From: Chloroflexota bacterium
GTDB lineage: Bacteria > Chloroflexota > Anaerolineae > Epilineales > SHYO01
DNA: 63,745 nucleotides
Direction of reading: 5' to 3'
NCBI GenBank assembly: GCA_009692745.1
Contig: SHYO01000001.1
Location: 1-63,745, forward strand
The notes under the pieces were generated by a model. The model was not told the origin of the DNA. It saw only the letters and a list, made by a program, of their open reading frames with translations, and searched no databases. The position numbers and the translations under genes were made by a program. Shown here piece after piece: positions 44,926 to 56,900 of the stretch; position 1 is the first letter of the stretch, and each line of letters opens with the position of its first letter.

Positions 44926-45317
44926 ATGGCGTCGCGCAATCTTGTGGTATTACAGGGAGATCAAACCGGGCAGGAACTTCTGGAAGAGGCCCTGCGGGTG
45001 TTGGCCGAGGGCGTGATTCGTATCCCTCTGAATTTGCAAACCTTCGATCTGAGTTTGGAAAACCGGCGCAAAACCCAAAACCAGGTAGTCCATGATGCGG
45101 CAGCGGCGTTGAAAGCTGCCGGTTTGGGTCTGAAGGCTGCCACCATCACGCCTGAAACTGCGGGAGATGTCGGTAGCCCGAATGCTATCCTGCGCGAGGA
45201 GATCGATGGCACCGTTATTCTACAGATCTGGGCGGCCATGCCTCGACCACCGAATTTACCGGCGAGGTAATTCGCCGCGTGCGTGCCAAGCTCGAGGTCT
45301 GGCTTATCCTGGCTTGA
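44926..45317 (+). pseudogene. Isocitrate/isopropylmalate dehydrogenase-family gene remnant with a large internal deletion
   Basis: N-terminal 100 aa (LKAATITPE...GSPNAILREEIDGTVI) resemble IDH-family proteins. From about 45231 a different frame reads GGHASTTEFTGEVIRRVRAKLEV, a typical family C-terminus. The middle roughly 250-300 aa is missing. Confidence 0.55.
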
Positions 45318-46212
45318 GGTTACGGCTTTCTACAATCAGGTTCATTACCTTATACGTAAACCGGGCGGCAAAGAAATCCGAGGCGTGTTGACCGGGGATA
45401 GGCGCCAGCTCCACTATATCAAAGCCCACTATTTCGGCGGCATGCCGCACCACCGTGCGTACCAACGCCAGCCCCTGCTGCCAGGTCATGCCGTTGGGTT
45501 CGGGTGTGCCCGTCGCCGCTATATAGGCCGGGTCAAAACCGTCCAGGTCAATCGTCAGGAAAACCCGCTTCCCGGCGATAAAATCTGCCAATTGCTCCAG
45601 GTAACCGGCGCCCCCATGTATATCTTCGGCAAAATGCACCTGTAACCGGTGGGGATTTTCCGCTATAAAATCTACTTCTTCCAGCGAGATGGCTCGGATG
45701 CCAGCCTGAAATACCGGCCCAATTTCCAAAAAATGGCGCGCCACGCAGGCATGGCTATATGGGCTGCCTTCGTAGCTCTCTCGCAAATCGCTATGTGCAT
45801 CCCACTGCACCGTTACCAGGGGCGTGCCGTAGACTTGCGCCAGACCCCGCGCCACTCCCACTGACACCGTGTGTTCTCCACCCAAGCCCACCAGCAACCG
45901 GCCCGGGCGGGCCAGCTCTGCCACCGCCGCTGTGATTCTGTCTACCGTTGCTTCTGGCGAAGCATGGTCCGGCGCCAGGTAGGGCAGGGTATGGACGCCA
46001 TACTCCAGGGCCAGCTCCCGGCCAAACTCCCGGTCGTACAGCTCTACCTGGCGTGAAGCCTGGATAATTGCCTGCGGCCCTTCCCGCGTTCCGCCGCCAT
46101 AACTGACTGTGCCCTCGTACGGCAAGGGCAGTACAATTACTTGGCTGGATGCCTCATCGCTGGCCTCTGGCGGCAATCCTAAAAAGTTCTCCGCTGGCAA
46201 TGTCTCGTACAT
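45304..46212 (-). CDS. speB: Agmatinase / ureohydrolase family protein
   Basis: Mn-binding motifs GGEHTVS, DAHSDLR and LTIDLDGFDP. ATG 46212 preceded by AAGGGGA, while the longest ORF starts at 46245. Confidence 0.75.
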   Translation of the reverse strand: MYETLPAENFLGLPPEASDEASSQVIVLPLPYEGTVSYGGGTREGPQAIIQASRQVELYDREFGRELALEYGVHTLPYLAPDHASPEATVDRITAAVAELARPGRLLVGLGGEHTVSVGVARGLAQVYGTPLVTVQWDAHSDLRESYEGSPYSHACVARHFLEIGPVFQAGIRAISLEEVDFIAENPHRLQVHFAEDIHGGAGYLEQLADFIAGKRVFLTIDLDGFDPAYIAATGTPEPNGMTWQQGLALVRTVVRHAAEIVGFDIVELAPIPGQHASDFFAARFTYKVMNLIVESRNLKPG

Positions 46213-46500
46213 CTTTTCCCCTTGCATTTGCAGTCTCCCGGCCATTATAGGGGGTGCTTATGCGCTTGTCAATCCAGGTTTCTTTTTATCCTGGTCCTAT
46301 CCTTCTATCCTGTTTTCTCTTTCTCCCGGAAATTGGAAGCTGCCCTGGATTAGGATATAATGTCAGGTGAGGATTAACGGCGGGAGGAAGCTGGACCTAC
46401 GAGCCGACAACGTTAGCTGCGCGGTTGGAAACGGAAACTTCAGCCCAGTCTGCGGCGTCTTCTATATAGCCATTATGTTAGCTGTAATGCGTCTCGATGC

Positions 46501-48045
46501 TTGGAGCCGATTTTGTCACGTTCTACCTGGATATTGTTATTGGTCGTTCCCTTGGTCTTCTGTATCTTTGTGGCCTGCAGCCAGAGCTCCCCAACTGTGG
46601 CGCTTCCCCCTACCTCGCAGCCAGCATTTTCCGGCGGTGGTATAGCTGCGACGCCTCACCTAACCTCTCCGGTTGCGCTGGGTCCGCAAAATTACGCTAC
46701 CCCTGCCACAGTTGCTTCTCTCCCTGTACAGCCTCGCCTCTTGCCGCCAGCGCAGACGCCGCTGCTCGGCGCAGGGCGACTAGGGTATATTCTCGGTAAG
46801 CAAGTCTGGTTGGCAAACCTGGAAAACGGCCAGATGCAACAAATAACCCAATCCGGTATCTATAGCTACCCTCGATTTTCGCCCGATGGGCGTTATCTAA
46901 CGTATTACCGTCAAGATGGCGCTGGCGGGTTGCCTGAGCTTTGGCTGGCTGTTGTGGCGCCTGACATTGCTATCACCTCTACTCTTCTCGATACCTCTTT
47001 ACCTATCCTGGATGCTGGTTATGCTCCTGGGCCGCAGTGGAACCCTGCACCTTCTACGGCAAATACCGCTCTCCAGGCCCTCGTCTATCCTGGACCGGAT
47101 GGCTCTCTTGTCCGGCGGGAAATCGGGGGGGGAAACCTGCCAGGGAGGGATACCTCTCGCATGCTCTTGTTACCTGCTGGCAGCGGCGTGCGCTCGGTGG
47201 CCTGGAGTCCTGATGGCCAACAACTGGCGATTGAACGTTGGGTGGTGGCTCTGGGTCGCAGCGACGGCCTGATCCAGGAGCAGGGTATCTACCTGATGCC
47301 CGCCACCGGGGGTGATTTGCGTTTGTTATACACCTCGCTTACCTCCTTGGATCAACGGGCCGCCTATCTCCATAGCTGGTCTCCCAATAGTCGTTATCTG
47401 GCTTTATGGAGTGGTCCTATTTCGCCTTCCCTTATGTCCGATGGCCTATCCGTAGTGGTTGTACCGGTGGATAGAAGCAGGCCGCCACGTACTCTGGGTA
47501 CCGCCCTGGTGCAACGCAGCTTTCTGGCATGGTCTCCCGATGGCAAAGATTTAGCAGTCACCGAGGGTCCGGGTAGAGAAATTTTGAAAGACAAACATGT
47601 TATAGTCTACCCTGTAAGTGTGCCGGGAGACCCACTCAACCTTTCTCGCGATAGTTCCGAAGCGGATACCTGGCCAGTTTGGTCACCTGATGGCCAGTCT
47701 ATCGCTTATGTTTCCGGTCCCTCTCTGCCTTTTAGCAACGATCCAGCCACAAAAGCCGCCGCCTTGCTGCGGCGCACTATTTGGAGGGTGGGTGTGATTT
47801 CTACGGCTAAGAAGAAAATGACCGGTGTTGCAGATCAGGGGGAAAGCGGCTATACCGATGACGCCCCTGTTTGGACCAGGAATGGACAGCACTTGATCTA
47901 TGTCCGTTTTCTAGGGGAACGCGGCGAAGTCTGGTGGATGCGGGCCGATGGTAGCCAGCCTGGGCGTCTCGTACGCCAATTGGATGTGCCACCGGAATAT
48001 TACGGCTGGCATGATTGGTTCTCAGTATTAGACATTTTCCGGTGA
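46501..48045 (+). CDS. PD40 (TolB-like) beta-propeller lipoprotein
   Basis: TTG start and a lipobox-like FVAC after a hydrophobic segment. Repeated FSPDGRYL, WSPDGQQL, WSPNSRYL, WSPDGKDL and WSPDGQSI blades. Confidence 0.7.
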   Translation: MEPILSRSTWILLLVVPLVFCIFVACSQSSPTVALPPTSQPAFSGGGIAATPHLTSPVALGPQNYATPATVASLPVQPRLLPPAQTPLLGAGRLGYILGKQVWLANLENGQMQQITQSGIYSYPRFSPDGRYLTYYRQDGAGGLPELWLAVVAPDIAITSTLLDTSLPILDAGYAPGPQWNPAPSTANTALQALVYPGPDGSLVRREIGGGNLPGRDTSRMLLLPAGSGVRSVAWSPDGQQLAIERWVVALGRSDGLIQEQGIYLMPATGGDLRLLYTSLTSLDQRAAYLHSWSPNSRYLALWSGPISPSLMSDGLSVVVVPVDRSRPPRTLGTALVQRSFLAWSPDGKDLAVTEGPGREILKDKHVIVYPVSVPGDPLNLSRDSSEADTWPVWSPDGQSIAYVSGPSLPFSNDPATKAAALLRRTIWRVGVISTAKKKMTGVADQGESGYTDDAPVWTRNGQHLIYVRFLGERGEVWWMRADGSQPGRLVRQLDVPPEYYGWHDWFSVLDIFR

Positions 48046-48245
48046 GCGCCGTGCTTACCCCTTAGATTAATACCGGCCGCTGCCCGCTGCCGTTCTATAG
48101 TTGAAAGAAGTTTTAGATCATGTGGCATGAATCTGGAATACACAGAGGAACCCCAAATCCTAAGCGGCCCGCCAGGCAAATTCCTGCTTTCCCTCGAGGG
48201 AAGGCAGGGATACTCGTTCTGCTAAAATTTCTGAGGAAGGGGGGT

Positions 48246-50921
48246 ATGGTCCCCCGACTTTTATGGTCTACGGTGCGCTACGGCTCTCTTTATCGTCGCT
48301 TGCTGCTTTTTTGTGTTGTAGTGGTTGTCCTGGGCGCCTTCACTTTTACGGCTATTTGGTTTAGCCTGCCGGATCCCCGGGAGTTGCAGCAGCGCCGCCC
48401 AGCCCGCTCCACCCAAATTTATGATCGCAACGGTAAGCTGCTTTACGCCGTACTAGAACCGGACCGGGGTAAATATACCCCGATTCCCCTGGAACGCATC
48501 CCCCTGCTTTTGCGCCAGGCAACCATTGCCACTGAAGATAATACCTTCTATAGCCATCCCGGCGTCGAGCCGCGCGCTATTTTGCGCGCTCTGCTCAGTG
48601 ATCTGCGCGATGGCGCCATTGTATCCGGCGGCAGTACCCTTACCCAACAATTGGCGCGCAACCAATACTTCACACCCGAAGACCGCATTTCCCAGACCCT
48701 ATGGCGTAAGATTCGCGAAGCCGTGCTGGCCTTGCGCCTGGAGCATACTTATAGTAAAGACCAATTGCTCCAACTTTACCTTAACGAGACTTTTTATGGC
48801 AGTTTAGCCCACGGCATTGAGGCCGCGTCTCAAGCCTTTTTCGGTAAACATGTTTGGGAGTTGGACCTGGCGGAGTCGGCCCTGCTGGCTGGTCTGCCCC
48901 AATCTCCCGGCAGTCTGAACCCCTTTTTCCACCTGGAAGCCGCCAAGACCCGGCAGCGCACGGTTCTTGATCTGATGGAGCGGCAGGGGTATATCACCTC
49001 GGCGGAAGCGCAGTCTTCCTGGCAAGAGAAATTGCAGCTTGCGCCTTCACCTTTCCCCATCGCTGCGCCTCACTTTGTGGCTTATGTGCTGGATCAGTTG
49101 GAACAGCATTTTGGTACGGCAGCGGTAGCTCGCGATGGGTTGCAGGTTACCACTACCCTGGACCTGGATCTGCAAAATTTGGCCGAAAGCACTATCCGCT
49201 ACCGCCTGGCTGACCTGGCCAATGTTGAAAAATATGGGATGGACCATAATATCCATTCCGCTGCCTTGCTGGCCCTGGCGCCTGGCACAGGGGAGATCCT
49301 GGCTATGGTCGGCAGTCCCGACTACTTTGATAAATATGCTGATGGCGCTTTTAACGGGGCCATCGCTTTGCGCCAGCCCGGCTCGGCTTTCAAGCCCATC
49401 GTGTATGCTACCGCATTTAGCGACCAACGACTTTCGCATCATTGCCCGTCGGCCGCCCTGCCCTGTGCTCTAACCGCGGCTACAGTTTTCAATGATGTCC
49501 GCTCTGCCTTTATTACCGGTGAAGGGGACGCTTACGTACCCAATAACTATGATGCTGAGTTTCACGGTCCTATGTCCCTGCGCGATGCCCTGGCTACCTC
49601 GAACAATGTCATTGCGGTGAAGGTGCTCGATGCCATTGGTATTCCGGCGACGCTGCTGACTGCCCACGGGATGGGCATCTCCAGCCTGGGGAACGTAGAC
49701 CGCTTGGGCCTCTCGCTTACCCTGGGTGGGGCGGAGGTGAGCTTGTTAGAGCTGAGCGGTGCATACGCTACCCTGGCCGATGGTGGCCTCTACCACCATC
49801 CCCATGCCATTACGCGGGTGGTTGACGCCCAGGGCCATCTGCTCCTTGAAGAGCGTGGTGATCCCGGCGGGCAGGTTATCACGCCTCAGGTAGCTTATTT
49901 GCTCACCCATATCTTGTCTGATAATGTGGGGCGCATTCCCGCTTTTGGGGAGAGCAGTGTGCTGCAGCTCAGCCGGCCAGCCGCTGCTAAGACAGGCACC
50001 ACCAGTGAATTTCGTGATAACTGGACTCTAGGTTACACACCTGATCTCCTGGCGGGCGTCTGGGTTGGAAATTCCGATGGCACATCGATGCGCAATGTTT
50101 CCGGCATCAGCGGCGCCGGTCCCATCTGGCACGACTTCATGGAGCAGGCCCTGCGTGGTCGCCCACCTCTTGATTTTGCCGTCCCCTCCGGCATGGAATG
50201 GCGTGAGATATGCGTCGCTTCGGGTTTGCTGCCGCGCGAGAACTGCCTGCAGCGCCGGCAGGAACTCTTTATTGCCGGTACCGAACCGATAGATGTCGAT
50301 CAAAGCTATCTGACTGTGCGGTTGGATGCCAATACCGGTCTGCTGGCTCCGCAGAATTGCCCTGGTTTACCGGTTGTCGAGCGCGTCTTCCGCCTTATGC
50401 CACCGGAGATCCAATCCTGGGCGCGCCAGCACCAAATTCCTGAACCGCCTGTGGCATACGCGCCTTGTCCCAGTGCTTCCGGACAGCAGGCTCAAGCTCC
50501 TTCTACCGCCGGTAGTTCTGCTCCTGCTGCAGGAACTCCTGTAATAGGCCAGAATAGTGCTGCGTCCCTCAATTTTGCCAGCCCGGATACCAATGCCACG
50601 TTCTTACTCAGCGCAGCCATTCCTCGTTCCCTGCAACAGGTGGAGGTGGCGCTGCAGGCATACAACTTGCCGCAAGATGTCCGGGTGTCTCTGTATATAG
50701 ATAATCAGCTATTGGGAGATTTCACCAACACGTCGCCAGGCGGAGTGCCCAACCAGGTGAGGCAGGTGACCTTCCGCGCCTGGTGGCAGTTGCAGCCCGG
50801 CAGCCACCAAGGACGCGCAGAGGCGGTGGATGGCGCCGGCAATGTGATTGCCCGTACGCTGGTTCCCTTTAGCGTCGAAGACAAAGCTGCCGTCATAGGC
50901 GGTGGGAACCCGGTGAATTAA
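48246..50921 (+). CDS. pbpC: Penicillin-binding protein 1C (bifunctional transglycosylase/transpeptidase)
   Basis: GT51 motifs EDNTFYSHPGV and GGSTLTQQLARN. Transpeptidase motifs SAFKP, SNN and KTGT. C-terminal extra domain, and the gene sits immediately upstream of an alpha-2-macroglobulin gene. Confidence 0.8.
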   Translation: MVPRLLWSTVRYGSLYRRLLLFCVVVVVLGAFTFTAIWFSLPDPRELQQRRPARSTQIYDRNGKLLYAVLEPDRGKYTPIPLERIPLLLRQATIATEDNTFYSHPGVEPRAILRALLSDLRDGAIVSGGSTLTQQLARNQYFTPEDRISQTLWRKIREAVLALRLEHTYSKDQLLQLYLNETFYGSLAHGIEAASQAFFGKHVWELDLAESALLAGLPQSPGSLNPFFHLEAAKTRQRTVLDLMERQGYITSAEAQSSWQEKLQLAPSPFPIAAPHFVAYVLDQLEQHFGTAAVARDGLQVTTTLDLDLQNLAESTIRYRLADLANVEKYGMDHNIHSAALLALAPGTGEILAMVGSPDYFDKYADGAFNGAIALRQPGSAFKPIVYATAFSDQRLSHHCPSAALPCALTAATVFNDVRSAFITGEGDAYVPNNYDAEFHGPMSLRDALATSNNVIAVKVLDAIGIPATLLTAHGMGISSLGNVDRLGLSLTLGGAEVSLLELSGAYATLADGGLYHHPHAITRVVDAQGHLLLEERGDPGGQVITPQVAYLLTHILSDNVGRIPAFGESSVLQLSRPAAAKTGTTSEFRDNWTLGYTPDLLAGVWVGNSDGTSMRNVSGISGAGPIWHDFMEQALRGRPPLDFAVPSGMEWREICVASGLLPRENCLQRRQELFIAGTEPIDVDQSYLTVRLDANTGLLAPQNCPGLPVVERVFRLMPPEIQSWARQHQIPEPPVAYAPCPSASGQQAQAPSTAGSSAPAAGTPVIGQNSAASLNFASPDTNATFLLSAAIPRSLQQVEVALQAYNLPQDVRVSLYIDNQLLGDFTNTSPGGVPNQVRQVTFRAWWQLQPGSHQGRAEAVDGAGNVIARTLVPFSVEDKAAVIGGGNPVN

Positions 50922-50942
50922 TTTGTTTCAGGAGGCATTATC

Positions 50943-53900
50943 ATGACAACCTTCATCAGACGGCGGGCAGGGCTTTTGATTATCTCGGGCGTTACGCTGG
51001 TGATAGTCCTGGCCGGTATCATCATCTACCGGAATTTCCCGGAATTCTTCACTAATCCCCAAGTCGTGGCTATTCAGCCGGAAGGTGGCGCCCGCCAACC
51101 TTTATCTGCCCCCATCACTCTTGCCTTCAACCAGCATATGGATCATAGCAGCGTTGAATCGGCTGTGAAGCTGGAACCGCCGGCGCCTGTCAGCTATCGC
51201 TGGCAGGATAAGGGTACCGGGGAGACCCTAACGCTTATCCCTACCCAGAACCTGGAATTTGATAAGAGTTATCAGGTCGTGCTCGATACTTCTGCCCGCA
51301 ACCTGCGGGGCCGTTCCTTGTCCCAGCAGGTCTCATCAACTTTCCAGACCAACGCCCAAACCGAGGTCACCCAGGTCCAACCGGCCCAGGATAGCAGCCA
51401 GGTCGGGCTTTCTCAACCGGTGTCGATTTTTTTCGACCACAAGTTAGTTACCGTCACCGATCTTGATCAGCAAGTGGGGTTGCCCCAGCCGGTCAAAATT
51501 GAGCCGGCTCTCCAGGGGACCGGGCGCTGGCTCAGCGAATCCCGCTTCGCCTTTTATCCTGAAACCGGCTGGCAACCTGGCACCACCTATACTGTCGTTA
51601 TCTCTCGCGAGGTTTCCCCGGGTGCCGAGTTGGCTAAGGACTATTCCTGGCAGTTTACAACCGAAAAAGCCAACGTGGCCGCCAGCATTCCCTTTAACGG
51701 TCAGATTGAAGTTGCCCGGAATACGCCGGTTACTATTATCTTTAATCATGTTCTCGCACAAAAAACCGTCGAGTCTGACTTTGTGCTCCACAAGGCCAAT
51801 AGCGATACACCTATTCCCGGTGATTTTTCCTGGGGGCAGGATCGCGTCACATTTAAGCCCAGCCAACCTTTAGACCGCGCTACTGCCTATGTCGTGGAGG
51901 TGAAAGGCGCCACTGCTGCCTATAAGGCCGATTTCCGGACGGTTGAGGCCCTGAAGGTCGCCATGATTATTCCGGCGGATGGCGCCAAGGATATCGCTGC
52001 CGTAGTCACCGATACGCTCATCACAGTCCAATTTAACCATCCTGTTGTGCCCCTCGTTTCCGTGGATGACAAGAGTAAGCCGCTGACTATACTCAGCACG
52101 CAGCCCTTAACCATCGCTCCCTCCGTCATAGGTGAGGGCAAGTGGCTCAATACTTCCACCTACACCTTCCGACCTGGCGAGACGCTTTTGCCTGCTACGA
52201 CCTATAAAGTAACTGTCAACAAGGGTTTGGCGGATGTCACGGGGAGTTCCCTGGAAGAGGATTATAGCTGGAGCTTTACTACGGTTGGCCCCCGCCTGGT
52301 GCGCGCCACCCCCCAGGATAAAGCAACTCTGGCCGGTCCCACCCAACCTGTCACCATGACCTTCAACATCCCCATGGATCATCCTAGCGCCCAGGCTGCC
52401 TTTCATCTGCGCCGGGTCAGCGACGGGGCGGAGGTGCCGGGAGATGTTCGGTGGGATACCCTGCGCATGGGCTTTTTCCCTTCGGCCAATTTGACCCGTG
52501 GCGCTGTCTATGAGGCGTCTTTGGTTGCTGGCGCCAAAGGCGTCGGTGGCCGGGGCAGTTTGGCTCCGTCTAGCTGGCGTTTTACCGTCGCGCCCGCTCC
52601 CCGTATTACCACCACCCAACCGGCCAATGGGGGTGTGGTTCCTGTGGGGAATTCCGTCTTTCTTAATTTTGCCGCTCCTATGGATCCGGGAACTATTGGC
52701 CAATATGTCTCTATTGATCCCAAACCCACCAATGTCTTTAGTTACCTTGTCGAAAGCGATACGCGCCTGATTCTAAGTTGGCAGATGCAGCCTTCCACGA
52801 AATATACACTGCGTTTCAGTGGCCAGGCGCACGATCGCTACGGTACTCCTACCGGCCAAGACTTTGTCCTCATCTTTACTACCCTGCCGCGAGATCCTTC
52901 GGTCTATGTCACGCCAGCGGGACGGGTGAGTGTTGTTAACGCTGGGGAAGCAGTGCCGTCCCTATTCCTGGGGGCGGTAAACATCACCCAGGCCAATCTA
53001 GCTCTCTATAAAATGAACCGTGCTAATTTTATCAATCTGACCGGCTCCAATTCTTTTAAAGCCTGGGATGAATTCAACCCGAATCAAGCGGATCTACTGC
53101 GCACCTGGTCCGTACCCGTGGCCGGAGCGTTCAACGAGAATCTCTTCATCACGACGACCCTCACCGTGGACAATGCCCCCTTGCCGGAAGGTCTCTACCT
53201 CTTGCAAGCTAATGGCGCGCCGCGGACCGGAGTCACGGGCAAAATCACACCGGATCGCCGCCTGCTGGTGGTGACCAGGATTAATCTCACTTTGAAGAAG
53301 AGCGCCTCCCAGGTCCTGGTATGGGCTACGGATTTCACCCAGGGCCGGCCGCTTACCGGCGCCAACCTGACCTTGACCGATGAAAATGGCCAGACGTTAG
53401 CCCAGGGGACTACCGACAGCCAGGGTGTCTGGCTCCAAAAATATCCGCAGCAGCCAGAGATCTGGCGTCCTATCTACCTCTTCAGTGAGAATCCCTTCGG
53501 CGTCAGTGTGAGCCAGTGGAATCAGGGTATTAACCCCTATGAATTCAGCCTGCGGGGTGGCGAGGTGCCGCAGAGATATTATGGCAACATCTATACAGAA
53601 CGGCCCATCTACCGGCCCGGGCAGATTGTTTACTTCAAGGGTATTTTCCGCCAGGATGGTGAGACCACCTTAGCCCTGCCCGATTTTTCCGCCGTCACCC
53701 TGACAGCGCGCGATCCGCAGGGCAAGCAGATCCTGACTGGCACGCTCAAGCTCGATGAGTTCGGGGCATTCAATGGCTCTTTGCCCCTGGACCAGCAGGC
53801 GCCTTTAGGCAATTATTACATTGAGCTGCGCCTGGTGGGTTCTTCAGCTCAAACGTCGGGGAAAGGCGACCCATATCAACAATTCTTTGGTCAGAGTTTC

Positions 53901-56900
53901 CAGGTAGCGGCTTATCGTAAGCCCGAATTCCAGGTTAATGTGTCGACCGATAAACAAGAGTACGTCCAGGGTGACAAGATCAATGTGGAGGTGCAGGCCG
54001 ATTATTTCTTCGGTGGCGCCGTCAGTGGGGCTAGTGTGCAATGGCGCGTGCTGCGGAACGATTATACCTTCCAATGGAATGCGCCTGGTGTACCCGGAAA
54101 CTGGAGCTTCATCGATGATGATGCTCTGCGCAGCCAGTCAGATGCCTCGGGGGCTGCCCCGCGCCGCACTCAATTTGCCTCTGAAGGTAAAGGTACTACA
54201 GATGGACAGGGCTATTTCCAGGTGCAGATCCCGGCAGACGTCAGCGATGTATCCCTCAGTAAAAACTTCGTCATCGATGTGGAGCTCACCGATCCTAATA
54301 GCCAGGTGGTGGCCGGCCGCAATACCGTCGTAGTCCATAAGGCTGACCTCTACCTGGGTCTGCAGCCGGTCCTCTACGTGGCCACTGTTGGTAAAGCTGC
54401 TGCAGTGCGCCTGGTGTCTGTTAACAGCCAGGGTATTACCGCGCCGAACCAGACCGTCGATGTCCAGGTTCTCCAGCGCCAATGGTTTAGTGTGCAGGAA
54501 CGCAATTCAGACGGTATCTTCCGCTGGACCAGCAAATTCACCGATACCCTGGAAACCAGCTTGCAGGTCAAGACCGATGTTTCCGGCTTCGCCACCCTAA
54601 CCTTTACCCCCAAGAATGGTGGGCTTTATCGGGTGGTAGCTACCGGCCAGGATGGGCGCGGCAATACTGCCCGCAGCGCTACCAGCGTCTGGGTCAGTAG
54701 TTCCAAGTATGTCTCTTGGGAGCGACAAAATAACGATCGCATCACCCTGGTACCGGATAAGAAACTTTACTTGCCGGGGGAAACCGCCCGGATCCTGGTT
54801 CCCGCGCCCTATAGCGATATAGATGCGTTGTTGGTCATTGAGCAGGGCCAGGTGCGTCGCTACCAACTTATCCACCTCAAGGCCAATAGCGACCTGCTGG
54901 AAATCCCCATTGCCAGTGATGATGTGCCCAACGTGTATGTGTCACTGGTGATGGTCAAAGGTCAGGTTGTTGAGGGTACTCAGCGGGGAGAAGATCCGCC
55001 CGACTTTAAGTTGGGGTATACGGAGTTGAAGGTTTCCACCCGCGAAAAGGAGATCAAGCTATCCTTGTCCCCGGACCGGACCAGCGCCAAATATGGCCCG
55101 CGTGACCCCGTGACCTATACCATTACTGCAGCCGACTTCCAGGGGCATCCTGTTCAGGCCCAGATTTCGTTTGCTGTGGTAGATAAGGCTGTGCTCAGCC
55201 TGTCAAGCCAGCGCGGCCAATCCCTGCTGGAAACCTTCTACGGTGAGCGCCCGTTGGGTGTTTCCACCTCTGCTACCATGCTGCAGTTATCGGATAGGAA
55301 CAAGCTGGCTTTGGCTGCTCCCGGTGGCAAAGGTGGCGGCGGGGCTGAAGGCGGCGATCTACTGGTCCGCTCGGTTTTTAAGGACGTAGCTTTCTGGCAG
55401 GCCGATATCACTACAGACGCCAACGGCCGGGCCACGGTCAGCTTTGAGTTGCCAGATAACCTGACAACTTGGGTTATCATCGCCAAAGCCATTACCAAGA
55501 GTAGTTTAGTGGGCGAAGCTATTGATGAGATTGTAACCACTAAGGATCTCCTGATCCGCCCCGCCTTTCCGCGCTTTCTGGTGGTAGGCGACCATGTCCA
55601 ATTGCAGGCGGCCATCAACAATAATACCGCCTCCGACGTGACCGTAAATGTCAAGCTGGAGGCTGCGGGCTTAACGCTCCAACCCGCTCCTCAGGGGGCC
55701 GCTGTCCAGGCCAGCCAGAGTGTCAAGGTGCCCGCACGGGGCCAGGTCAAGCTCTTGTGGCCTGCGCTTGTCAATAGCGTGCTGCCCGCTAACAGCAACC
55801 AATCGGCTCTGCCAAATGAGCAAACTGTCTTGAAAGTGACTGCCATCGGTGAGTCTGCCGGCCAATCCCTATCCGATGTCATCCAACTCACCGTGCCTAT
55901 CTTCCACTACAGCGCACCCCAGGTAGTGGCTACCTCCGGCATAGCAGGCCAATCGACCACGGAGGAGATTCGCCTGCCGGACAAACTGGATCGTGAGCAG
56001 GGCAACCTGACGGTCCACCTGAATCCATCCCTGGCTGCCACCACTCTGGATGCTCTCAAGGCGTTGCAGGCTTTCCCCTACGACTCTACCGAGCAGGTGG
56101 TGAGTAAATTCCTGCCCAATGTCGTCACCCTGCGGGCTATGCGCAATCTAAAATTAAACCGGCCGGACCTGGAAACGCGATTGGACCAGGACATCACGCT
56201 GCATATCCAGCGGCTCAATGCTATGCAACACGCCGACGGCGGTTGGGGCTGGTGGCTCACCGACCAGACCAGTCCCTGGATTACGGCTTATGCCACCTTT
56301 GCCCTGAATGAAGCCCGCCGCGCCGGCTTTGCCGTGGACGATACCGTCTACAGCCGCGCTCTCTCCTATTTAAAATCTTACCTGTCTCGCAATTCGACGG
56401 CACTTCAGCCTGAGCAACTGGATTTGCGCGCTTATATCCTCTACGTTCTCGCCGAGACCGGCCAGGGTGATACCGGTTTAACCGTTGCTCTGTATGAACG
56501 CCGCGAAGCCCTCAGCACCTTTAGCCGTGCCTACCTGGCCATGGCTCTGCAGAAAGCTGCGCCCGAGGGTCAGGAGCGCTTATCAGCTATCACTAGTGAT
56601 CTGGCCGGGCGCGCCGTGCTGAGCGCTACGGGGACCCATTGGCAAGATGATCCTGCCCGCCCCTGGCAAAAAATCTACATGAGTACCGATACACGCACAA
56701 CAGCCCTAACCTTGCAAGCTCTAGTGCGCATCGATTCCCAAAATCTGCTGATTCCCGGGGCGGTGCGCTGGTTGATGTCCCAGCGCCGCTACGGCGAATG
56801 GTCCACGACCCAGGAGAGCGCTACATCTATCCTGGCGTTCACCGACTTTATGCTTTCCACCGGCGAGTTGCAAGGAAACTACAACTATAGCGTCTCTCTG

